Shown one piece after another: positions 1 to 11,152 of a stretch of 64,000 nucleotides of DNA. Source of the DNA: Lingula anatina. Lineage: Eukaryota > Animalia > Brachiopoda. Every line of letters begins with the position of its first letter. Position 1 is the first letter of the stretch. The position numbers and the translations under genes are program-made. The stretch covers positions 13,264,587 to 13,328,586 of the forward strand of contig CM120648.1 of NCBI GenBank assembly GCA_051362555.1. Direction: 5' to 3'. The notes below the pieces were generated by a model that saw only the letters and a list, made by a program, of their open reading frames with translations, searched no databases and was not told the DNA's origin.

Positions 1-182
1 AAGCTTCAAAACAACAAATGGCATTTGCAAAATCATTCAACAGCGACTAAAATACTTTCCATCTTTAAAAATATCTTGAAGAAACCAATGAAAAAAGTTA
101 TATCATTATATGTAATATTACAATGGATCAAACTGGAGTCTTAAGTTTAAATCATTGGATTCTAAAAGTCTTTCATCCTTAC

Positions 183-297
183 CTCAGTTCTGTGTGATAA
201 AAATGTGCTCTTGTTGTGCTGAGTAAAAAGTGAAACTTTAAAATGAGTTGGAAACGATCTTCATGTTTTGGTCTTCATCTTGTTGCTTTCATTGTAA
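183..297 (-). other. Putative non-coding (5' UTR) exon of a minus-strand gene continuing off the left edge
   Basis: On the minus strand: acceptor ttttcctttcag| and donor CTGAG|gtaagg. All three frames contain stops, and it has three short ATG-initiated ORFs. Confidence 0.55.
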
Positions 298-969
298 CTG
301 AAAGGAAAATAATTTTTTATCAAGTTTTATTGCTAATTAAATGTTTTTATAAGAAAATTGATATCACGATGAATGAATGAAAGAATGAATGAATGTATAT
401 TATTTGTCTTTGTCTAAGCAAATTTGCATGTTTGAAGATTCAATTCTACAAGTGACTGCGCTTGTGTGACCGCACACGAGGGGTCTCTGTATTAGTATAT
501 ATGTGATACGTGTCTTAGTATTATTGCGAAAAAAAGACGTCATCGGCCTACAAAACATACACTGTACTACGCACACAGTTACAATACACAGGAAGATCAC
601 AACAGAATAGAATTTGCATCCATCACCACCCATATATAACCTTTCAAATACCATACAAGACGGCCATCACTCCATTTTCATAATGAAAAAGGTGACAACT
701 TTCCTTTAATACCTTGAAGTAATGAGAAGATGGCATGCTGTAAGGCGCGTATATATATATTCAGAAATGCCAGCGGGATTCAAATCATTCATCAAAACAT
801 GACATGTCACATGAACATGCTTTCACTTTGTAAGATGAAGGCAAAAAGGAGTTCAATCTACTGAACATGTATCAGTAAATCATGGCTAATACAATGACTC
901 GTGCAGGGTCTAGTATCCAGGAAACAAAAACATTCACAATATTTGGCAACAGACAACAGAACATAATTG

Positions 970-1149
970 CTGGGGTAGCGCTAACACTCCGTGACTCGCC
1001 AATTTAGCCAAATGCTAAAACTGCCTTTAATTGGCTAAAGAAAAAGGGCTTGATTTGGCATGTTTTAGCCAAGTTATAACCATTTTGATAAAACATCGAC
1101 AAAAATGTGGTGATTTGGCTAAGCGAAAAAAATTGCTAGTGCTACCCAG
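970..1149. mobile_element. MITE family A copy 1 (TIR CTGGGGTAGCGCTA / TAGTGCTACCCAG)
   Basis: Terminal inverted repeats; near-identical copies at 31916, 38864 and 50817. Confidence 0.85.
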
Positions 1150-1503
1150 AATCGGCATACTAGTAGTTACTTATTCAATCAATGTGTCTCTTGTATATAT
1201 AATACAAAACATGATAATACAAAAGGTAGCACCTAAGAGGGAAGTTGGTTTTAACTCTAGGACAAAAATCTCAGTGCACTCCGATCTACACTAAATATGG
1301 AGAAGCCTAACTAAATTAGTGTCACTCTTAGTCTTAAAACTAGAGCATTCCTACTTTTTTGTAAAAGAAAAATTCAAGTACATGTAGATACATAGTGATT
1401 TATTCTGTTTAAAATCCAAACCACAACCACTACCCAATCCCAACAGTTAAACAGTTTATCTGTCTCTATATATTTGATTACTCTCACTATGTTACTGTCA
1501 GCA

Positions 1504-1783
1504 TCTATCTCCATTCACATCCTCAGTACATCACCTCCAATTTTCATAACTTTATGTTTTCTATCTCCATTCTCATCCTCAATACATCACCTCCAATTTT
1601 CATAACTTTATGTTTTCTATCTCCATTCTCATCCTCAATACATCACCTCCAATTTTCATAACTTTATGTTTTCTATCTCCATTCTCATCCTCAATACATC
1701 ACCTCCAATTTTCATAACTTTATGTTTTCTATCTCCATTCTCATCCTCAATACATCACCTCCAATTTTCATAATTTTATGTTT
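1504..1783. repeat. Minisatellite, 56-bp unit x5
   Basis: Unit TCTATCTCCATTCTCATCCTCAATACATCACCTCCAATTTTCATAACTTTATGTTT starts at 1504, 1560, 1616, 1672 and 1728. Confidence 0.95.
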
Positions 1784-4700
1784 GTAAACACAGTATCATT
1801 AAGTCAATAACACAATGGCAATCAACTGGCAAAAATGTCTAATACAAATAATTTACCACTCTGTCTTTGAGGTAAACGCTAATTGAGGACTTCATGTGTC
1901 TGGCTTCTTCTTAATTGAATAACAGCTGTCATATAATTGAACAGTACACGGAACAATTAAAATATGGTTAAGATTACAAAAGAAAGCGACCGTCTTGTAT
2001 TCCTTAATATGTCTAGGAAAAAAATGCTTAGTCAAAAAAAATTCATCTATCCTTTGGTAACCTGACTCTCATCTCTGTTTTCTTTACATAACTAATGAAA
2101 TAACAGCTGAGTTCTTACCAATTTCATTGAAGGTCCCATCCATTGTAATTCTAGATCATTATAATAATTATTCCCACCTAATAATAGGCCAACAGAATGT
2201 CAAATGGCATTCCTCCTGACAGTAATCTGGATTAAAATATGATTCCTCTTAAAAAGCTTTTCATCGCCTCTTACCAGTTCCACAAATGAATCCATCCATT
2301 GTGCGTTAATTGACGTCTCTAATTACGTCCTATCCAGTTCAGCTACTTCACTCAATGGCCGACACTTAGATACTTATGTTGCAGTAAAGGTGAAAAAATT
2401 TCCTAACCAGCTGCCCGCTCCAGAAAACAGAAAACAACGTCATTCTGTGCCATTTCACCTCGGCCTAGACGACGTCATGAATATATTTCTGAGGATAATG
2501 TTATGCACATATACAGACTGTGGTAAGTCTTTGCCGAGAGTCTGAGAAGTTTCCCCACAGTATAAAAATCGACATTCTTAGCAGTCATCGTTATACATTC
2601 TTATTCAAGCTTAACTGAATTAAGGCGGTTTGCGGCAGTTTCCAGATATAAATGAAATGTACATATCATTTAATATGCTCAAGACTGTATACATGGGGAA
2701 ACAAACCATGACTTAAATTAACAGATTTCCTTCAACTTTTGATCAAGAGTACATTTAAATATAAAATAACTTAAATGAAGAGCTAAGTAGCAATTTTTAA
2801 GCAATTTTTTTGCTATATTTTATCCATTTTAATCATAAAATAGAGGGAACATTCCAAATGTTATGTGCCACTAAAATGACATTTTTCATACTTTAAAAAT
2901 AATAAAACATACATGATGTGGCTTGTTAGATCATCATGCTATTTTATATTAGATTTAGGCTTCTGTTAAGAAATCAATTCACAGACTTTGGGGTGATTAA
3001 GAGTCTGTTTTCTATTGACATCAGTGAAATAATGACATTGTCCCTATGATTCACACACAGGTCAAAATCATAACATTATCATAATGACATTATTATCAAA
3101 GTCTTCTAGTTGTTGGCATAAAAGCATGAATTATAAAATAGAGTTCATACATTTGTAATGTCAACACTTCACACTGCCACATACTGATGGCACAGAGTTA
3201 GGCGTAACCTCAAATCACCCTCATATTCGCATGCACGCACTGATACACACCCAAACATGAACACACACTTTTTGATTCATCAACAATTCTTTAACACATA
3301 CACTGGTCCAGAAATTAGTACCAACCCACTTCCCCTGGGACAGGTAGGAATGACCCTCTAATGACCCATTCTCACTGCATTTTCTTTTCCTCCTTTGCAT
3401 AAACCCAAATACTAGTACAGTGTACAGTATTCCCTCACTCTTGAGTCCACTCTAACCCAGGCTCCTTCCCTTCCCCCATCCTCATTTCACCCCCCTCTCT
3501 CTCCCACATATCAGCGTAATCAACCCTTATTGCCAAAACCCTCTCTCCTGGAAAATTTAATAGATAAGGGGATGTGTACCATCCAAACACAGTGGCCCCT
3601 TGATGCTGTCACACAGCCAGGCAGCTAGCACAACCAAGAACACATTCCATGTCACAACTAACACAATCCACGACCAGGGCCACATTATGATGACAGGGAT
3701 GCTGAATGCTGTATTTTTTTGCAGTACAATAGGCCCCTGTGGCTTTATCATGGATGGGAAATATTTCTAGACAAAAATCAATACCCCGCAGCCAGCTCTC
3801 CCATCTATGCCTTTTTGTGCTGGAAATGTTCATATTGACTCAAGTAATCAATAGATTCCGATTCTCGGCTAATTCCAGAATTCATGCAAACTCCATGTTG
3901 GTTTAGACAAGAAGTTACATTTTGCATCTCAAATTATATAAGTATTTTCAGGAAGAGAAAAAAAATACAGATTATATCTTATTTTCCACAAATAACCTTT
4001 TTTAATTGACAATAAAAAAGCTGTGTTTATAAGGCTCTAAAGGCAGAGAAATTGGACTAAATATCTGTAATAATGATCTTCTAAAGCATACCATTCTAAA
4101 GTATATTATTTTTCAGTATAAAAATTTCGTTATTTCACACCAACAAGAAATGGTTAATCTGAGAGGAGAAATGTACTCATCTCAAAATTAACAAATAACT
4201 TGTTTTCTTTTAGATTTCTTCTCTCTGCCTTCTAGTAATGGGAGCAATTATTTTGCAAACGCAAACCTTCGTGTTTACATTTTTCATTTTGGTTTGCCAT
4301 TTCAGATGAAGTTGTTGTTTGTGGTTAGCTATTAGTTCCTGAATGAAGACAGGTGACAGATGCTAATAATCCTTCTGGCTGTTTTCAGGGTTAACTCAAG
4401 TGTGAATTGAGAGGGCGGCGGGGGTAGATGTCAGTAATCACCTTCAACATGCAAACTTGTATAAAGCTACAATTCACGTTAGACCTTTCTTTAGCAAAAA
4501 AAGGGACTGTCCTGTACAATTCAGCAATTTTCCTTTATACTATCCAAGCCATTGAAAAAAGTACAATCTATTCACAATCTTGAATTGAATTTTTTTTACC
4601 ACCCAGAGTTAAAATCACCAGCCTTCATCTCCATTACAAGAGTCTTTCAAAAGCAAAGGCACTCAGAACTCAATAATCAGGTCACAGACAGTAATTTGTG

Positions 4701-7334
4701 AATGGTTTATGTAATGGAATACCTTGGTGATTCAGGGGAAAAGAGTTGAAATTTCCAGAAAATTGATATTTTGCTATATAAAGGTTCAATGTTCACTGTG
4801 TAGCTTTAAGACACAGATCGATCTTCACTTTTTAAAAAAAATAATTTTTTGGATTAATAAAAAGAATAAAGAAATAAGTTGGTATGAGTTGTAGGTTTCT
4901 TCGTTTCATCTTTTAATCAAAAGGGAAAAATATAAAAATTAACACTGCAAACATGCTGTGAATGCTAGCTTCACTAGAATTACAGATACTAGTATACAAC
5001 TCATTTTGGTCCTCATCAAATTGCAATGGGTAGTATCTGAGGCATTTACAGGATTCATGTACATTTCGAAGTCATGTTTGAAGAAGTACGTAAGAGAAGC
5101 CTTTTCAACTTGAACATGTCTCTCTCTTTGTATGCAATCTCAATATCTATAAATAAGTTTAAGAAATCTTAGAGAAGCCCCTTCAATTTAAACATATTTT
5201 TCCCTTTGGTGAGTCCTCTACCCTTTCCATTTAAAGTTCTAGTAATGTTTTTCTTTTATGTGGCTTCTACCCCTTTAATTTAAAGAAATGCTTCCCTTTG
5301 GTGCAGCCTGAACCCCTTCAATTTAAAGAATCGTTTCCTTCTGAGGATCCCAAGAAAAATAAATCAAACTATGAAGAATTTCAAATTTATTCCGCTCAGC
5401 ACTACACTGTCAATTTTGATGACAACTGTCATTTGTATGAACTTGTACACGTGTTTATGAATTCCCAAAGGCATGTGCATCAGTACAGACATTAACGTCA
5501 CCACTGCTAGAAATCACTTTCCAATCGCATGATATGGCTAGTCAGTATATGCCTTTGTGAAAATAGCTAAATGAAGCAGAAATCACTTTCAAATCACATG
5601 ATATGACAAGTCAGTTTATTCTTTTGTGAAAACAAAGTGGATTTTAACTTCAAACTTGCCAGCACACACCAAATGTTATAAATATTAACTTCATATGCAT
5701 CAGGCATTTTAATATGCATATTTTGTTTACAATATATATATATTTTGGCTCAATGATAAGAGACAAAGTTAGATACAGCAGGTTAACACAAAAATAGTCT
5801 GGTTTCAGCTTCCATAATTACCACATGATAAGGCAACAACATCTCCAGGACTCATAAACGATATTATCATTTACTGACACTACCAGCAGATCTTTTAGCA
5901 CTAACATCCACATTAACCACTCAACCCATGAATTACCCAACACACCTTTTAAGCATTTACCATTACCATAGCGATTCCTAGCACTAACATTCACCGGCTT
6001 ATCTACCCGATGTTCCGATCTCCCCCCACCCTGTCCCCAGAGAAGCTTTAATTCAAGAAGTGACAGGTTACAGTGTACCAGTTATGTACAGGCCACAAAT
6101 CATAACCACACAAAATAGTAATAATCTGAAGCTTATAAATGCATAAATACTGAAAAGCTACTCATTTTAGCTATTGACATTTTTTTAAATAAAAAACATC
6201 AAGAATCTTTTAAAACTTAATAATCAATTTTCTCAGCCATAAGAAATATAATGACCTTTTCAAAACTTCCATTAAATGCTATTCCTCCTTGTACCTAACT
6301 ACAGTTAACCATATGTGAGAGGAATTATTGAAGGATAATTTGTCATTAATATATAAAAGATTTGATATGCCAGTCATATAACTAAAGTTATTAACATAAT
6401 TTCAAAACAGCTGAAGCCAAGTGGTGTATGCAGTATCCATTCCCCCATATAGAGCTCTGCCTAATGCCTATCCTATCTATCATGTAGATTAGGTATCTCT
6501 TTAATTATTGATTATTAGTGCTTTGTAGCGCCAGTCATTGCCTCTTAGTATGTTGGTGACGACACTTGCACTGTGTCCTTGTATGAGACTACAATTGTAC
6601 ATGGACTTCTCAGTACACTGTATAATATGGAGTGAATAGTAACCTCTAGTAAACGTATATATATATGCCAATGCTGATTACTATAAGTATTTGTGTATTT
6701 TTCATTCAGGGTTTCTTCTATAAAACAGATACCAAAATATCATTATTGAAATACAAAGGGTAATTCTGATTTTTGCTGTTGTTTATAAGAAACTGTTCTT
6801 ACATATGCTAATGAAATCTTTATGTAAATATATACATTTTTGCTCTCATATACATCCCACCCCATCCCACGCTAAATCATAACTCCACCCTATCCCACAT
6901 CCCATCCCAGCTCACTCTACCCAATCCCAACCCATCCCACAACATGGCCTATTCTCTCCTATAATAATTATATATTAATTCAGAACATGTCTGAGTGACC
7001 AGGATATCATGATCTGCACACGGCATATGAATTATTGAACACTGATCCACAGTCATCAACATAATGTACAACAAACCTGTCAATACCACAGGGCCAGGCT
7101 GACAAAATACATCACCACTGGACCATAACAAACCCATCGGAGATAATTATAATGTTTACCAAGCTGGAGAATATCATGATTTTGAGTTAAATAAAGTAAA
7201 GACTATATGTATTTAAATGGAAAAAGACAAAGAAGAACTTAGACACTATGCCCAACAAAAAAATCTCCCCATAAAAGACACAAGTGCAGGTGGACAGGTA
7301 TGTTCTGAAGTTACAGGTCTTGTTCCAAACTGTC

Positions 7335-7503
7335 CAGGGGCGGATTCAGTGATATTTTCTGACAGTCTTCCAAACTATCTTTGTTGATCCATCCACCATT
7401 TTTGACCGTGTTCCGACAGAAAAAAATTAGATACCCGTCAATGTAAACTTGAAATTCTGACCGTCTTCCGGAAGACCCAGAAGACGGCCTAAATCCGCCC
7501 CTG
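7335..7503. mobile_element. MITE with CAGGGGCGGATT TIRs and 5-bp TSD (CTGTC)
   Basis: CAGGGGCGGATT ... AATCCGCCCCTG, flanked by CTGTC on both sides (7330-7334 and 7504-7508). Confidence 0.85.
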
Positions 7504-7857
7504 CTGTCAGCAAGCAATGTCCATCTGGGTCAGTGGTCAAGCACAGTGGATGACAGCCTGCAGGTCTTTGCTCCAGCAGAGTGTGTCACATATCTTTGAT
7601 CTATAAATTTATCACTGGATTATCCCCACACTTTAGAGCCTCCCCCCCTTACTTAACTGTGATAGGACAATAAGATAAGATAACATCAGATTGGTTTACT
7701 GTAGCTATATTAAGGCATCATATACACCTACCACAACAACTGATTTCAAACCCATACTTCAGGGGACCACAGACACAAGCTTCGTATTTTGTCAGAGACA
7801 GTTAGGAAACTATATTATAAGCCTGAATCTTCCTATTATCTATTAAGCTACCTGTGT

Positions 7858-8024
7858 CAGGCCCGTAGCCAGGGGGGTTCGGGGGGTTCGAAAGAACCAC
7901 CCTTTTTGCTTGGAAAAGGTCCACTCTGGGTAAAATTTGATCTATGTACTTGAGGATTTTATGGTAAAAGGTCCACTTTTTCAGAAAACGAACCCCCCTT
8001 CTGAAATTGCTGGCTACGGGCCTG
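7858..8024. mobile_element. MITE with CAGGCCCGTAGCCAG TIRs and 5-bp TSD (TGTGT)
   Basis: Perfect 15-bp TIR; TGTGT at 7853-7857 and 8025-8029; related copy at 48305-48468. Confidence 0.88.
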
Positions 8025-8937
8025 TGTGTTTATGTTTCACAGATGTTACAAATTGATTTCTGTGTGTCACAGCTTTCCATGCTGTCCCTGTAGATAATAA
8101 CAGTTGCTTTGCAAAGCTCCAGATCCACTGAAAGATAACCCCAGGGTGTCATAAGAACAATATGCATTCAAAGCAATGACACAAACTGAGGTTCTGCTAA
8201 TTCTCATAAATTCATCTTTTCAGTAAAAGACCTGAAAAGTGTTCCATCTTCCACTCAACGAAGTCTCTTTTCTCCAAGATATCTCACACAACTGTGGTGC
8301 TAAAATATTTCAGTAGCGGCTAATTCCATTGCCAGTCCTTCACCATATAATGTGTTAAATAAGAAGTCATAAATTGAAGTAATAAAATTAGCTAATACAT
8401 CCATATGAACATCCATATCCAAACATTCATTTCTTCATCTAATTGTATAATTTAATATACACTTCTTTATCCTCTCACAATATCACAATTCAACCACAAA
8501 GTGCAAACATCAACCACATTTGTTGAAAAAAATTGTAATGATCTGAATCTCAGTAATATCATTATCTCTGCCCAACCAGTCAGAGCCAGAAGCAGAAAAG
8601 CTACAGCCACCTTTCCGCCTTTGACGCCACAGGCGCGACATTCCTCTATTTGTGAACGAAAAACACTCTAGAGAACCAAAGCATTGGACTCAACACAGCA
8701 CTAAAATGCACTTTTCTTTTTGCTATACATATCATTTTCACGACAGCGGGGGGAATAGCAACACATGATAATGACTCATCCGACATCAAACATATTCAGA
8801 ATATTTATTGATTGCCTTGTGAAAATGCCAAGCAGAGAAAATAGAAAATCTGCGGTGATGTTGTAGAACGTCCTAGGAACTTATTCCTGATAATGCCCTC
8901 TCTACTCAAAAGAAATGTATTAAGCTACAAAGCTTAC

Positions 8938-9020
8938 CTTGAATCTCTTACATCGTTGTCCAGTGAAGACTGAAAATTGAGAAACTGTTTTGACGAAGAC
9001 CTTCGTCCCACTACTTTTCC
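8938..9020 (-). other. Putative first (non-coding) exon of the minus-strand gene
   Basis: Minus-strand donor TTCAAG|gtaagc at 8938/8937, just downstream of an ETS motif; the start coordinate is approximate. Confidence 0.55.
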
Positions 9021-9265
9021 ACTACCGGAAGTAAATTGTCAGGTTGATCATAGAAACAAGATGACCCCGGCATGACCATGGAGCATGGAACGAACCAAAA
9101 CTTTCAAAATTAAACAATCTGTTATAACCAATGAAGCTTCATTTTAAATCTTATAAAGCCTTTGGAAATTATACAAAGAAATTCTGTAAGGTTTGACAAA
9201 GCGTTTGACAATCGTCTTTTGGAAAATCTTAATTTCAATCCTGTCGGAAAACACCACTCACTTGT
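9020..9265. promoter_or_regulatory. Putative bidirectional promoter (minus-strand gene / telomerase RNA)
   Basis: CCGGAAGT (ETS/GABP) at 9025-9032, X-box-like GTTGATCATAGAAAC at about 9043-9057, CCAAT at 9128-9132 and TATAAA at about 9152, between two divergent units. Confidence 0.5.
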
Positions 9266-9658
9266 TGGGGCATGCATGGCGGGCCGAGTACGGACAGCCG
9301 TGCAACTCTAACCCTAACTATTCTTGTGCCTCGTCTCGCGGCAAACCGTGCTGTTTTCCGAGACAAGCTTTCATCACGGGGACTTGGCATTCATTTAAAC
9401 TCAAAAAAGCTTGTTTTTGCTCCGGCAACTTTGCTAAACGGTACCGACGGCTCTATCGCTCTTGGCACGGAGGCCCTTGTTGACCGCGATGGGCGACCGG
9501 TGCTAGGGTTCGTCCCTACTCGACGCTCTTTGTTTGGTTAATATTGGGCCTGGGATGTCTCCCAAGTTTGACTGCCAATTCATTAAACACCAGTGCTTTT
9601 AGAAAATGCTGCTTGGCACGAGTTTGGCCTTGTGGCGTTTTCTTACATGCGCACATAT
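9265..9658 (+). ncRNA. TERC: Telomerase RNA (TR), H/ACA type
   Basis: Template CTAACCCTAAC at 9308-9318. P1.1-like hairpin GTACGG-ACAG-CCGTGC at 9288-9303. P2b CCGTG/CACGG with U-rich loop TTTTCC. P3 GAGACAAGC(9360-9368)/GCTTGTTTT(9409-9417) preceded by A6. P1 9278-9290/9418-9436. Three-way junction at 9462-9578. Terminal hairpin 9601-9643 followed by ACA (9645 ACATGC, or 9653). Ends are approximate. Confidence 0.85.
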
Positions 9659-11152
9659 TTCTTTTTAAGGAACAGAATCTCGCCTGGGTATCAGTGGTAA
9701 CTAGTGCTTTTCACCATTTCCAGATATGATTTTTTTTTTTTTCATTTTGTATCTCTAAGTCCAAGAAAAATCTATGCCAGTACTCCTGCTTATGTAGATT
9801 CCTGAATTTCGCCACTGAGGCTATTTTCCTTCTACTTTTTTAAAATTTAAATTTCTTTACAATTAAAAATATTAATAATTAAGCCCTTTAAATAGTGTAT
9901 TCAAGATTTTGTTAGTTCCACTTCAATCGATCCCAAATTCTATGAATATTTTACCTAAAATAAGTTCGAACTTTTTTTGTGTGTGATCAAACTCTTTAGG
10001 AGGGAGTAATTAGAATACAACTACAAGGAAGGAGATGATATCAAAATAAAACGTGAGGTGCAGCTTATTTGCCTTTAAAAGACAGAGCATACCACTCTGC
10101 CAAAACATCTAAAACAGTACACAAAAACTTCTATTTAACACATCATCAGAAAATGTTTTATAAAAATAAATGAAAATTTATTTCAGTAAAATATGTTAAG
10201 ATACACAAATCAACAAATTCTTTAAACATATTTTTATATAATAATTTTAAAGACATTATGTTTTAGCAAGTCTGCTACAGAAGTTGTTTAATAACCATTG
10301 ATAATAATCTAGTAATGCACAAAAAAACAAGGAGATATTAATTATACACATGAATTGACATCTTCAGACATGAACCTAGGTTTAAAAAAACCTCTAAACA
10401 TGGGATCCAACACCTAACCTTGACAAATCTCAGGAACAATCAGAATTGAATTTTTAAAAAAGCGGTATTCTGCTTTTCCGCAGAAAAAAACAGTCTGCAA
10501 CTATGGCCATTGTCAGCAATTTGAAATTAGACTCAGAGATGCAGAATTCTTCAATGGCTTAATATAATTACAAATACTCCAAACTGAAGAACCACCAATT
10601 TTATAAAATGAAAAGTAGAAATAATTTAAATATAAGCAATATTTCCTCAAAATATCTGTGATAACATTTCCTTCTGACAATGGCTTGTTACAGGTTGCAG
10701 TATCTGGAGATTTAAACAACTTTGGCAAAAATAGTAAAAGAGAATTTTATCAGAGAAGTGAAGCCAAGAAAAGCCCATAATCTCCAGTAGTCCAAATCTT
10801 CAATCATTATCTTTCAACTTTTTCTTCCTTGACTATTTATAAAGCTAGAGATCACTCCAAGTGGGTACACTGCAGCCGAGGAAAAATGCAAAATATTCTT
10901 TATAAAATATAATGAAAGTCAAAATCAGTTGAAATTGTAACAACTTTTATCCTCAATTTTAAATCAAAATTTTTGAAGAGCATTTATGATATCTTGTTAA
11001 AAAAAACATTGCTAATGATAACATAAATCTATGAAAGGTGTAAGTAATAATGGTAGGAATCATCCAAAAGAAAGTTTATTCCATTCCTCTTCTCGATGTG
11101 TAAAATTGTAACAATATTGCTGTGCCAAAAAAGTAAAAAAAATCTCCCAAAG

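Noticed and set aside
1504-1783. CRISPR-like periodic array
   Set aside because: The units are identical end to end with no unique spacers, and the context is eukaryotic; it is a minisatellite.
3450-3530. CTAACCC / CAACCCT telomere-like words
   Set aside because: Shorter than a functional template and with no pseudoknot or H/ACA elements nearby.
9193-9729. ORFs of 96, 89 and 61 aa over the GC-rich island
   Set aside because: No recognisable protein features; open frames are expected in GC-rich DNA, and the region is better explained as structured telomerase RNA.
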